Source: Chloroflexota bacterium
Lineage (GTDB): Bacteria; Chloroflexota; Anaerolineae; Aggregatilineales; Ch27
Assembly: GCA_019873685.1 (NCBI GenBank)
Contig: JAIOAT010000001.1
Span: 19,405 to 83,404 of the forward strand
Length of the DNA: 64,000 nt
Direction: 5' to 3'
Made by a program: the position numbers and the translations under genes. The notes below the pieces were generated by a model that was not told the origin of the DNA, did not search any database, and was given only the letters and a program-made list of their open reading frames with translations. Positions 9,706 to 18,553 of the stretch are shown here, in pieces. Every line of letters begins with the position of its first letter. The first letter of the stretch is position 1.

Positions 9706-10683
9706 TCAGTGATCGCGGTAAACGGCCATGTAGGTGAGCTGTATGAGTTGCTGGCGGGCCGCCGAGTCGGGCAGCGCTGCCAGGCTCTGCCGGGCCTGCC
9801 TGGCGAAGTCGCGCGCGATCTCCAGCGATTCGTCGATGACTCCGCTGGCTGTGATGGCCGCAACAGTCGCGCTGATCTGCTCCTCGGTGGCCGTGCCAGC
9901 GACAACGCGCCGGAACGTGCCATTGAGGTTCCCTTCTCTGGCGCTGTACAGCAACACCGGCAGGGTGATGACGCCTTCGCGGAGGTCATGGCCGCTGGGC
10001 TTGCCCATGCGTTCCGCGTTGCTGGTGAAGTCCAGCGCATCATCGACGATCTGGAAGGCCATGCCCAGTAGCCGCCCGTACTCTCCCATGGCCTTGACCT
10101 CATCCGGCTCCGCTTCCCCCAGCATGGCGCCGGCTTCCGCGGCGGCGCGGAACAGCGAGCCGGTCTTGCCGTAGATACGGGTGTAATACTCATCGATGGG
10201 GACCAGCACGTGTTTGGTCTGCGCCTGCAGCAATTCGCCGCGGCAAATCTCGTTCAGTGTGCGGGCGAAGGCACGCACGACACCGACGTGATCGGCTTCG
10301 GCCACGAGTTGCGCTGCCTGGGCGAAGAGCATATCGCCGCTGAGAATGACCAGGCCGGGCGGGAAAAAGGCATTGAGGGTGGGGACGCCGCGTCTTTCGC
10401 GGGCGTTGTCGACCAGATCGTCGTGGACGAGGGTGGCCGTATGCAACATTTCCAGCCCGGCGGCTACCGCGATGGTGCGTTCCAGATCGGCATTGAAGAT
10501 GCGTCCCGTGTAAAAGGTCAGGCTGGGGCGAAGTCTTTTGCCCCCGGCGCGGACGATATCCTGGATGCGCTCCCCAACCGTGCCGTTATCCAGGGGGACC
10601 GCTGCCAGCAGGCGTTCTTCAAGGCGGCTCAGTTCGTATTCAATGCCGGCGGTGAAGGAGACGAAAGCTGTGTTCATACCCAT
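9706..10683 (-). CDS. long-chain polyprenyl diphosphate synthase (HepT/IspB-like)
   Basis: GGKRLRP, first DDxxD (HDDLVD), RRG, GDMLF, KTG and second DDxxD (VDDALD). A small residue (Ala) five positions before the first motif suggests a long-chain product. Confidence 0.95.
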   Translation of the reverse strand: MGMNTAFVSFTAGIEYELSRLEERLLAAVPLDNGTVGERIQDIVRAGGKRLRPSLTFYTGRIFNADLERTIAVAAGLEMLHTATLVHDDLVDNARERRGVPTLNAFFPPGLVILSGDMLFAQAAQLVAEADHVGVVRAFARTLNEICRGELLQAQTKHVLVPIDEYYTRIYGKTGSLFRAAAEAGAMLGEAEPDEVKAMGEYGRLLGMAFQIVDDALDFTSNAERMGKPSGHDLREGVITLPVLLYSAREGNLNGTFRRVVAGTATEEQISATVAAITASGVIDESLEIARDFARQARQSLAALPDSAARQQLIQLTYMAVYRDH

Positions 10684-10710
10684 CTTCTTGTCGGCTAGCC
10701 CCGGACGGTG

Positions 10711-11229
10711 TTAGTGATGCGACTCGTCAACGGCGAGGCGCGTGTTCATCTCGTGCCAGGCGTTCGCGCGCTGGATACGCAGATAGTTGGCGGCCTGCAA
10801 CAAACCCAGGTAGATTGCTTTGAGCTGAACCAGGCGCTGCCGGTAGGCGGCGGAATGGTTGGGGTGGTCTGAATCGAACAATTCCTGCTGCCGGCCCGCC
10901 ACGTTATCCAGGCGCTGGGCGATCAGGACGGCGAAGGCTTCCGCCGGGTTGTCGACGACGCGGTAGTATTTGCGCCGATCATGGGGCCGGTTGACGCTCT
11001 CGACCAACCCCATTTGCTCCAGATTCTTGAGGATGACGCTGTTTGAGCTTTTGGCGATGCCGGTGCTGGCAGTGATATCGTCCAGCGACAACGGCTGATC
11101 GGCTGCGAACAACAGGGCCAGCGCCAGGGAAGCCGACTTGTTCAGCCCGAGGAGCTTGCCTACTTTCACCACGGCTTCAAAGAGAGCAGGTTCGATATCG
11201 AGCGCGGGCTTGATCGGTGGCATGGCCAT
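10711..11229 (-). CDS. GbsR/MarR-family winged-helix transcriptional regulator
   Basis: GLNKSASLALALL...PLSLDDI...TGIAKSSNS..LKNLEQMGLV..V....DRRKYY pattern typical of GbsR-type regulators. Confidence 0.85.
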   Translation of the reverse strand: MAMPPIKPALDIEPALFEAVVKVGKLLGLNKSASLALALLFAADQPLSLDDITASTGIAKSSNSVILKNLEQMGLVESVNRPHDRRKYYRVVDNPAEAFAVLIAQRLDNVAGRQQELFDSDHPNHSAAYRQRLVQLKAIYLGLLQAANYLRIQRANAWHEMNTRLAVDESHH

Positions 11230-11282
11230 CTACCAATCGGGCTATTCAGACACAACCCATCGTTATTGCTTTCACAAAGGGG

Positions 11283-11312
11283 ATTATAGTGAATCCGGTT
11301 CTAAATTGTCAA
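11283..11312 (-). promoter_or_regulatory. consensus sigma70 promoter TTGACA-N18-TATAAT for regulator and prenyl synthase
   Basis: Plus strand TGTCAA at 11307-11312 and ATTATA at 11283-11288 are perfect hexamers on the minus strand. Confidence 0.85.
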
Positions 11313-11314
11313 TC

Positions 11315-11344
11315 AAAAATTTGAAATTTTTAGAATCTTCTAAA
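11315..11344. promoter_or_regulatory. two overlapping AT-rich palindromes (candidate operator or UP element)
   Basis: AAAAATTT-G-AAATTTTT (11315-11331) and TTTAGAA-TC-TTCTAAA (11329-11344), immediately upstream of the -35. Confidence 0.55.
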
Positions 11345-11423
11345 CGTTGACGGGGGAATTCAGAACGTCGGATGTGCAGGGACGGCATCCACCGCCTGTC
11401 GCCAGCGGTGAAGGCCGGGGAAC

Positions 11424-11834
11424 CTAGCCCCAGTCCGAGGAGGCCCTGGCCTGCTGCTCGGCGATGACGCCATACAGCTTGGCAACCAGTTCCTGTTTGG
11501 AAACAGGTTTGGTCATCAGGTCGGTCGCGCCGGCCTGGATGGCCTTGCGGCGGGTGGCGTAATCATCCAGCGCGGTCAGCATGACGATTGGCACATGGCG
11601 GAGCTGCTGGATTGCCCGCAGCCGCCCGCAAACCGTCACACCGGAAATGTCCGGCATCATGATGTCGAGCAGCACAATGTCAATATTGGGTGTGCTCTGG
11701 GCGATGTTCAGCGCTTCCTGGCCGCTGCTGGCGGTAATGATGCGAAAAGGCGTGTTCTGGAGCATCAGCCTGATCAGCGTCAGCGCTTCTTCTTCGTCAT
11801 CCACCGCCAGCACGGTGAAGGATTTGCTCGCCAT
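11424..11834 (-). CDS. single-domain response regulator (CheY-like receiver)
   Basis: VLAVDDE, LLDIMMPDISG, IVMLTA and TKP motifs. Confidence 0.93.
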   Translation of the reverse strand: MASKSFTVLAVDDEEEALTLIRLMLQNTPFRIITASSGQEALNIAQSTPNIDIVLLDIMMPDISGVTVCGRLRAIQQLRHVPIVMLTALDDYATRRKAIQAGATDLMTKPVSKQELVAKLYGVIAEQQARASSDWG

Positions 11835-11898
11835 GGGCGACCTCCAGGATCGCGGCTCCTTCCCTTCGAAACACTGTGCTGCTCACTATCCTGAATGC

Positions 11899-11943
11899 GA
11901 TTTTATTGATTTTAGCATGATTTGGAATGATTTTGTAATCATT
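11899..11943. promoter_or_regulatory. divergent promoter region with phased GATTT(T/G) repeats and a palindrome
   Basis: GATTT(T/G) at 11899, 11908, 11919 and 11929; AATGATT-TTGT-AATCATT at 11926-11943; minus-strand TGCTAAAAT at 11909-11917. Confidence 0.5.
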
Positions 11944-12039
11944 GGTACTGCTCACTGCTATTCAACCCTTGCTTTCGCCCTGGCTTCCTGGCAATATCTG
12001 CGCGACCTGAACGGCATGCTGCGGGCGGAGGAGAGTCCG

Positions 12040-12663
12040 GTGATCACTGTACTGGTGGCAACGCTGAATCCGGGCAAGCAGCGCGAGTACCGCGACCTGC
12101 TGGCCGATCTCCCGGCGGTCTGGGTAGGGCCAGCGGACATTGGCCTGGCGCATTTGGAGGTGGCGGAAGACGGCCTGACCTTCGAGGCGAATGCGCGGCT
12201 TAAGGCGCTGGCCTTTGCCCGCGCTTCCGGCCTGCCGACACTGGCAGATGATTCCGGGCTGCAGGTTGACGCGCTGAATGGCCAGCCGGGTGTGTATTCC
12301 GCCAGGTATGCCGGCCCGGCAGCGACGGATGAAGATCGTTACCGCAAGCTCCTGGACGCGATGGCGACTGTCCCGGATGATCAGCGGTCGGCGCGGTTCG
12401 TCTGCGTGGTGGCGCTGGCACTGCCGGATGGCGAGGTGCATGTCGCGCATGGGACGCTGGAGGGATCGATCGGGCGTTGTCCGCGGGGGAGCGAAGGCTT
12501 TGGCTACGATCCAGTCTTTGTTCTGGCGGATGGTCGCCATCTGGCCGAACTACCGGCGGCGGAGAAAAACGCTATCAGTCACCGGGCACGGGCGCTGGAA
12601 GCGCTCAGACCGACCTTGCTGGCCGTGCTGGAGCGCCTGGGGAAGGCCGGGGCAGGGTGGTAA
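12040..12663 (+). CDS. rdgB: non-canonical purine NTP pyrophosphatase (RdgB/HAM1)
   Basis: ATLNPGK, EDGLTFEANARLKA, ADDSGL, GFGYDP and SHR motifs. GTG at 12040 follows GGAGGAG; the track ORF's upstream extension is spurious. Confidence 0.95.
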   Translation: MITVLVATLNPGKQREYRDLLADLPAVWVGPADIGLAHLEVAEDGLTFEANARLKALAFARASGLPTLADDSGLQVDALNGQPGVYSARYAGPAATDEDRYRKLLDAMATVPDDQRSARFVCVVALALPDGEVHVAHGTLEGSIGRCPRGSEGFGYDPVFVLADGRHLAELPAAEKNAISHRARALEALRPTLLAVLERLGKAGAGW

Positions 12664-12792
12664 CGCGACGCCCGCTGACTTTGTTGTGCAGCATCCCTTT
12701 GCCCGGATACCTGAAAGTCGTCTATTGTGCGCCTGTTCCAGCGTCTGGGGCGGGCATTGTATCGGCAATCACGTCAGGAAGGATGAATACTC

Positions 12793-13209
12793 ATGGGGCA
12801 GGCTGAAGTGATCTGGCTTCAGAATCAGCAGTTTGTGGGCATTGACAGTACCAGGCACTCCGTGGTGCTCTCCGGCACCGGCCCGGAGGATGGCGTGGGC
12901 ATGAAACCCTCGGAGTTGCTGCTGGTGGCCCTGGGCGGTTGCACGGCGTATGACGTGGTCAATATCCTGAGCAAGAAGCGGCAGAAGCTGACCGATCTAC
13001 GCATCCTGGTCAGCGGTGAGCAGGACAGCGATCCGCCCTGGGCGTTCCGCAAGATCCACGTTCACTACCGGCTTGTTGGGCACGGCCTTGACCCGGAGGC
13101 AGTACGGCAGGCCATTGATCTTTCCAAGCACAAGTATTGCTCGGTGTCGGCGACAGTATCAGGCTCCGCGGAGATCACGACTGACTTCGAGATAGTCGAA
13201 GCGGATTGA
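12793..13209 (+). CDS. OsmC-like family protein (YhfA-type)
   Basis: KPSELLLVALGGCT and KYCSV, the two conserved Cys motifs. Confidence 0.9.
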   Translation: MGQAEVIWLQNQQFVGIDSTRHSVVLSGTGPEDGVGMKPSELLLVALGGCTAYDVVNILSKKRQKLTDLRILVSGEQDSDPPWAFRKIHVHYRLVGHGLDPEAVRQAIDLSKHKYCSVSATVSGSAEITTDFEIVEAD

Positions 13210-13249
13210 AACGAAACAGTCCCGACTGGCGCCCTGACAGAGCTGTGCG

Positions 13250-14329
13250 CTACTGCCCGATCAACTGGCTGGCCGCTGCCGCCAAGGCAAGCAGGCTGAA
13301 GTTGTAGAGGAAATGGGTGGCGATGGCCGCTGCTGTCCCATAGTGTTGGCGCGTCCAGCCGAGGACAACGCCTACCGCCAGGATGATCAGCAGGGCGGGG
13401 GTGAACTGGTACTGTACATGGGTCAGGGCAAATAGCGCCGCCGTCGGCCAGAGACCGGCAACCGGTTGCAGCGCGCCGCGGAAAGCGATTTCCTCGCCAA
13501 CGGATGAGAAGAGCGCCACCAGAAAGGCCGCCAAGAGGCTGGTAACACTCCCGGCAATCGCCTGGCTGAGCTGGGTCTGCTGATCGAACACGTCCTGCGG
13601 GGCCAGCATCATCCACACACTGCCGGCGCAGAACTGGAACGCTAGCAACACGACAGCCATACCTGTCCCGGCGACGAGCTCATTGGTGGTGGGCGGGCGC
13701 AGGCCGAGGCGGATGAGCACCTGCCGCCAGTCGCGATCCTGTCTCAATCCCACACCGGCCAGTGTTCCGCTGAGCAAGAGAATCGCCGTGAAGGCCGAGG
13801 ACAGCACCACCTCAGTCTGATCCAGACCAGCGGCGGCCAGACCGGCCTGCCCGCCAGCGATGACGAAGTCTGTCAGGGTCTGGAAGAACAGCAGCTGGAC
13901 GGCCCCCAACCCGAATGCATGGGCTATCGAGTCAGGGTCGAAGCCGCGAATCTGCTCGCGCCAGGGTGTGGTCTGATCCCAGCGTTCTGCCTGGGGAGCA
14001 GGCAGCAGCCGCGCTATAGCCCGGCGCAGACCTTTCCCCCGGACGAACAGCCACAGATAGACCGCGCTGCCTGCTGCCAGCAGGCAGCCCGCCATCCCAC
14101 GCAGGGCGATATTTCCACCCAGGCCCATCTCCTGCGCTGTGGCGGCATCAACACCCAGCAGACTCAAATAGGTGAGCAAGGCGTAGCTTACAAAGCCAGA
14201 GAGCAGAGCCGACCAGGCCAGCAGAAAAGCCGGTCTGGCTGCCGGGTCCCGATCGCTGCGACGGGCAAGGTAACCAGCAGTCACGGTGAGAACAGTGGCG
14301 ATGATCAGGATAGCGGCCTGTACAACCAT
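13250..14329 (-). CDS. CPBP (CAAX/Abi) intramembrane glutamic endopeptidase
   Basis: GEEIAFRG, LFALTH and IATHFLYN motifs; multiple TM helices. Confidence 0.9.
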   Translation of the reverse strand: MVVQAAILIIATVLTVTAGYLARRSDRDPAARPAFLLAWSALLSGFVSYALLTYLSLLGVDAATAQEMGLGGNIALRGMAGCLLAAGSAVYLWLFVRGKGLRRAIARLLPAPQAERWDQTTPWREQIRGFDPDSIAHAFGLGAVQLLFFQTLTDFVIAGGQAGLAAAGLDQTEVVLSSAFTAILLLSGTLAGVGLRQDRDWRQVLIRLGLRPPTTNELVAGTGMAVVLLAFQFCAGSVWMMLAPQDVFDQQTQLSQAIAGSVTSLLAAFLVALFSSVGEEIAFRGALQPVAGLWPTAALFALTHVQYQFTPALLIILAVGVVLGWTRQHYGTAAAIATHFLYNFSLLALAAAASQLIGQ

Positions 14330-14473
14330 GCATGCTGCCTTTCAGTGTCAACAGGTGTCCGGAGACGCTGACGTTTTTCCGGTACCAACCGGGAAGCGCG
14401 TTTCCGATTGGTGACGCTCCATAGCTTTTCAGCTCGCGCTACCTGGTATGCAGAAGCCACCGGATACCCCAAC

Positions 14474-14509
14474 AAAAAAGCCACCTGCCAGCCGGAGCCA
14501 GCGGGTGGC
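14474..14509 (-). terminator. intrinsic terminator after dnaN
   Basis: Minus strand GCCACCCGCTGGC-TCCG-GCTGGCAGGTGGC-TTTTTT. Confidence 0.75.
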
Positions 14510-14534
14510 GCCACGGCTCACCATCCGGGAGGTG

Positions 14535-15671
14535 CTAGCGGCCGATGCTCATGGGCATGATGACATGGATGAAGTCATCACGGCCAACCGGCTTGATCAC
14601 GCCAGGGGCGGTGGGGCCGTTGCTCTGCAGCACGACCTGTTCCTCGCGGATCACATTGAGCACATCGATCAGGTAACGAACGTTGAAACTGATCTCCTGC
14701 TTGTCGCCTTCAACGGTAGCATCGACGATCGCGTCGGCGCTGCCGCGTTCGGTTGATGTGGCGCTCAGGCGGACGAGACCTGGCGAGGAAGGGGTCTCCG
14801 CCGGGATGACGCTCACCTTGGCGTTGTTATTGACATCACGGGCAAAGATGTCAGCCCGTTTGCAGGCGCGTAGCAGGTCGGCAGTGTAGGCGATGGTGCT
14901 GGTCGTGAAGCTGCGCGGGATGATGGCGTTGTAGTCCGGGAATTTACCATCCAGCAGGGTGGAGGCGACATCCACATTCTTGAGGTGGAAGATGACCTGA
15001 TTGCGGCCCTGCGGGATGCTCATCAGGACTTCCTCGTCGTCATCGGTGATGATCCGGCCCAGTTCAGCCAGAGTGCGCGCCGGGATGATCAGTTCGGTAG
15101 TACGAGGCGTGCCAATCTCCAGCGGTGCAGTGCGCACTGATAGTCGATAGCCATCCGCCGCGGCCATGACGATGTCGTCGGAGGTCAGGCGGGTGTATAC
15201 GCCGGTCAGGATGGGGCGGTTGTCATCGGTGGCCGCAGCGAACACGGTCTGGGAGATCATCTCGCGCAGCACAGCACCGGGGATGGCAATGCCGGGCGCT
15301 TCGCCAGCCTGTGGGATCAGCGGGAATTCGTTGGAATCGATGCCCTTGATGTTGCTATTGGTGGCGCCACAGTGCACCTTGAGGGTCTGGTTGCGCACGT
15401 CCAGATCGAGGTCCACCCGCTCCGGTGAGAGCTGGTTGATCAGGTCGATGAATGTACGGGCCGGCACGGTGATTGCACCGTCTTCTTCCACCCGCGCCCC
15501 GATCCAGGCGGTGATACCCAGTTCCAGGTTGGTTGCGGCGAGCTTCAGGCGGCCTTCCTCGGTTTCCAGTAGCACATTGCCCAGGACCTGCATGGTCGGG
15601 CGGGTGGGTACGGCGCGTCCCACAATGCTCAAGCCTTTGGCCAGGTTTTCTTGAAGAACCGAAACCTTCAT
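14535..15671 (-). CDS. dnaN: DNA polymerase III beta sliding clamp
   Basis: MKVSVLQENL start, ATNLELGI, VFAAATDDNRPILTGV, AADGYRLS, GKFPDY, FNVRYLID and C-terminal VIMPM. True ATG is at 15671. Confidence 0.97.
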   Translation of the reverse strand: MKVSVLQENLAKGLSIVGRAVPTRPTMQVLGNVLLETEEGRLKLAATNLELGITAWIGARVEEDGAITVPARTFIDLINQLSPERVDLDLDVRNQTLKVHCGATNSNIKGIDSNEFPLIPQAGEAPGIAIPGAVLREMISQTVFAAATDDNRPILTGVYTRLTSDDIVMAAADGYRLSVRTAPLEIGTPRTTELIIPARTLAELGRIITDDDEEVLMSIPQGRNQVIFHLKNVDVASTLLDGKFPDYNAIIPRSFTTSTIAYTADLLRACKRADIFARDVNNNAKVSVIPAETPSSPGLVRLSATSTERGSADAIVDATVEGDKQEISFNVRYLIDVLNVIREEQVVLQSNGPTAPGVIKPVGRDDFIHVIMPMSIGR

Positions 15672-16094
15672 GATTCGGGGTCTCCCTTGAAAGAGTGTGC
15701 TCAGAACCGCGCTTCCCCGGGCCAGTTGAGCGAACCGCTGCGCCTTACAGGCGAAACTGTGGCAGCACACCGGGGCAGCCGGGTCACTTTTTCATGTGCT
15801 GGTCGCTGTGGGGTAGAGTATACATCAACTCGCCTTAACCTACACCCTGCAATCTGCCATGACGCGGGCAATCCATGCCGCGATTCGGGCGCAGCGCAAG
15901 CGAGAGACAGGGGACAAGTGACAGGAGACCGGACGGCCTGGAGGGCAGGAGGCCGGGTGGTCAGGCGGGAAAGCATGCCTGGTATGCCTCGCCAGCGCAT
16001 CGTTACGCTGCCCGGCAACCCAATCGTCGCAGCCACTATGTGTACGCGATTGTGCGTTGCCTGATGAACTGCCAGCCTGTCGGCGGGTCGCATA

Positions 16095-16103
16095 TGCTAT
16101 AAT
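16095..16103 (+). promoter_or_regulatory. extended -10 promoter TGcTATAAT
   Basis: Perfect extended -10 about 88 bp upstream of the 16191 gene. Confidence 0.65.
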
Positions 16104-16190
16104 TCGCCATTGTGCGTCCCCTGTGGAGCCTCTTCTTCAAGACGATTCCGGGGCAGGCACACAGGCGTCTGGGTGTAGCGAAGGAACGGG

Positions 16191-16664
16191 GTGAAGAACG
16201 TGCTGGGCAAAATCCACGACGTGGTCATCAAACCACTGGTCACCTTCTCCGACGATCGTGGTTTCTTCCGCGAGGTGTTGCGCGATGATGATGGGTTGTT
16301 GCGCCGGTTCGGCCAGACGAGCTTTACCAAGAGCTATCCCGGCGTGATCAAAGCCTTTCACTGGCATCAGAAGCAGGACGACCTGTGGTATGTAGCGCTG
16401 GGTATGGCTCGTGTTGTGCTGTACGACCGGCGGCCAGACTCGCCTACTTACAGGGTGACCCAGCAGATCTTTGCCGGTGAGGATAACCCCATGTTGATTC
16501 TGATCCCGGCAGGGATCGCTCATGGCTATCAGGTGCTGGGGGATCGGCCTGTGTATCTCTTCTACCATACGACCGAGAGCTACAATCGAGCGGAGCCGGA
16601 CGAGCAGCGCATCCCTTATGACGACCCGGAGATTGGCTTTGACTGGTCGCTCCATTTCCGGTGA
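16191..16664 (+). CDS. dTDP-4-dehydrorhamnose 3,5-epimerase-family cupin (RmlC/SpsL-like)
   Basis: FSDDRGFFRE, GVIKAFHWH, LYDRRPDSPT, IPAGIAHGY and IPYDDPEIGFDW motifs. Confidence 0.9.
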   Translation: MKNVLGKIHDVVIKPLVTFSDDRGFFREVLRDDDGLLRRFGQTSFTKSYPGVIKAFHWHQKQDDLWYVALGMARVVLYDRRPDSPTYRVTQQIFAGEDNPMLILIPAGIAHGYQVLGDRPVYLFYHTTESYNRAEPDEQRIPYDDPEIGFDWSLHFR

Positions 16665-16689
16665 CGGTGCGGCAGGCCGTTTGTCTCAC

Positions 16690-16718
16690 TTGCCACAGTG
16701 TTCCCATGCCAGCATAAT
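16690..16718 (+). promoter_or_regulatory. sigma70-like promoter TTGCCA-N17-CATAAT
   Basis: Near-consensus hexamers with a 17-bp spacer upstream of ATG 16795. Confidence 0.5.
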
Positions 16719-16794
16719 AATGTGCGGCTCTCACTGTTGCCTGTCTGCGCCGGTTCCGATTCTGTGCCTGTAACGCGCCAATCAAGGAAGCTCT

Positions 16795-17718
16795 GTGTTC
16801 CAGACGACTTCACGACGGTTGTTGCTTGTCATACTCATGATGGTGATCAGCGGTTGCTCCACTGCGGCGCCTGCGGCGGATGTGCCTGTCGCGCCCGCTG
16901 ATGCAGCAGCCGCCCAGGTTACCACCGCCACGCCGGAGCCAACGGAAGCCCTGGCGGCCCTGGTCAACGGCCAGCCGATCACCCTGGCGGCTTTCCAGCA
17001 GCGTGTGCGGGAGGAGGAGCAACGCCTGGCCGAAGCGGGCGTCGTCCCGGCGGATCGGGCAGCGTTTGAGCAGTCGGTGCTGAATAGCCTGATCGATCAG
17101 GTGCTGATTGAACAGGCGGCAATCGTCCAGGGCCTACAGGTCACGCCGGAAGAACTGGAAGCGGAAGTGGCCGTGAGTATCGAGGTGGCGGGCGGCGAGG
17201 CAGCCTGGCAGTCGTGGCTGGCTGAGAATGGCCTGACGCCGGAGACCTTTCGCCAATCGCTGTATGAGGCGCTGCTCACGGCCAAGATTCGGGATCAGGT
17301 GATCGCCAGTGTGCCGGATCAGGTGGAACAGGTGCACGCCCGCCACATTCTGGTGAGCACCGAAGGCGAGGCGCGGCAGATTTACGAGCAGCTGCAAAGC
17401 GGAGCGGACTTTGCAGCGCTGGCCCTGCAGCATTCGCGCGATGTGAGCACGCGCGATCTTGGCGGTGACCTGGGCTGGTTCACGCGGGAGCAGCTGACTG
17501 AGCCGATTGTGGCCGACGTGGCGTTTACCCAGCCGATCGGCCAGATCAGCGAACCGGTGGCCAGCCGCCTGGGGTATCACATCATCCAGACACTGGAGCG
17601 GGTGGCTGATCGCCCGCTGGATGAGGCGGCGCGGGCGGCGCTGTTTGAGGTGACTTTTGAGCGGTGGCGGCAATCGCTGTGGGACCGGGCCACCGTGGAG
17701 CGTTTCGTTGGCGGGTAA
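16795..17718 (+). CDS. SurA/PrsA-type parvulin peptidylprolyl isomerase lipoprotein
   Basis: Lipobox ISGC, AALVNGQPI SurA N-domain, VHARHILV, GADFAALA, GGDLGWF and GYHII. Confidence 0.92.
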   Translation: MFQTTSRRLLLVILMMVISGCSTAAPAADVPVAPADAAAAQVTTATPEPTEALAALVNGQPITLAAFQQRVREEEQRLAEAGVVPADRAAFEQSVLNSLIDQVLIEQAAIVQGLQVTPEELEAEVAVSIEVAGGEAAWQSWLAENGLTPETFRQSLYEALLTAKIRDQVIASVPDQVEQVHARHILVSTEGEARQIYEQLQSGADFAALALQHSRDVSTRDLGGDLGWFTREQLTEPIVADVAFTQPIGQISEPVASRLGYHIIQTLERVADRPLDEAARAALFEVTFERWRQSLWDRATVERFVGG

Positions 17719-17737
17719 AGAGGACGAGGGGGCGCTT

Positions 17738-18538
17738 ATGTCCGGGCAGGGGGCTGATCGCGTCTATAACGTCATCACCGTGTTCTTTGTGTTACTGACC
17801 CTGGTTTGCCTGGCGCTGACCGGGGTATTTGCCGCCGGGATCATGCCGGTGCCGTTCCTGGCGCCAGCGACGCCAATCATCCCAAAGGTAGCGCAACTGC
17901 CGACGCCTACCGCCACGCCGACCATGCTGCCGCCAACCTGGACATTCACCCCGACCAAAACGCCAACGCCCAGCAACACGCCGACGATCACACCCTCGGT
18001 AACGCCATCCCTGACCATTACACCGACTCCCGGCCCGACGGATACCCCGTCAATCACGCCAACAGCGAGCAATACGTTCACCGCGACGCCTTCGATGACG
18101 TTCACGCCGAGCGTTACCCCGACCGGCCCGACGCCAACGTTCACGTACACGGCCTCACCGTTTCCCTTCGGGCTGCGCGGCAATGTCGTGTTTACGGCTA
18201 ACTTTGCCAATACTGCTGGCTGCGCCTGGCAGGGTATTGGCGGGCAGGTGTTTGGCCTCAACGGTCAGGGGTTGACGGGTTACAACATCCGTGTGACCGG
18301 CCCTGGACTGGGGGAGGGCGGCGCGGGGATTGTTGTAGCGTCTGGCTCCAATACCCTGTATGGATCGCCATCCGGCTGGGAAGCTTTTGTCTCCGGCCAG
18401 ACCAACAACAACACCTATTTTGTTGAGTTGTTGACGCCCAGCGGGACGGTAGTCTCGCCTGCCGTTCAGGTGACCTTCCCGAATAACTGCGCGCAGAATC
18501 TGGCCCTGGTCAACTTCGTGCAGTTGCGGCCTTTCTAG
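17738..18538 (+). CDS. membrane-anchored Pro/Thr-linker protein with Cys-bracketed C-terminal beta domain
   Basis: N-terminal TM, long (T/P)n linker, C-terminal domain CAWQGIGGQV...YFVELL...C.QNLALVNF; ATG 17738 follows a GAGGGGG RBS. Confidence 0.8.
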   Translation: MSGQGADRVYNVITVFFVLLTLVCLALTGVFAAGIMPVPFLAPATPIIPKVAQLPTPTATPTMLPPTWTFTPTKTPTPSNTPTITPSVTPSLTITPTPGPTDTPSITPTASNTFTATPSMTFTPSVTPTGPTPTFTYTASPFPFGLRGNVVFTANFANTAGCAWQGIGGQVFGLNGQGLTGYNIRVTGPGLGEGGAGIVVASGSNTLYGSPSGWEAFVSGQTNNNTYFVELLTPSGTVVSPAVQVTFPNNCAQNLALVNFVQLRPF

Positions 18539-18553
18539 CGGTTCAGGTAGCCG

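Noticed and set aside
11581-12039. N-terminal extension of the rdgB ORF (360 aa in track)
   Set aside because: Overlaps the response regulator antisense and the promoter region; RdgB homology and an RBS begin at 12040.
15950-15985. GGTCAGGCGGGAAAGCA resembling the SRP RNA core
   Set aside because: Lacks the GGAA tetraloop/AGCAG arrangement and the long flanking helix.
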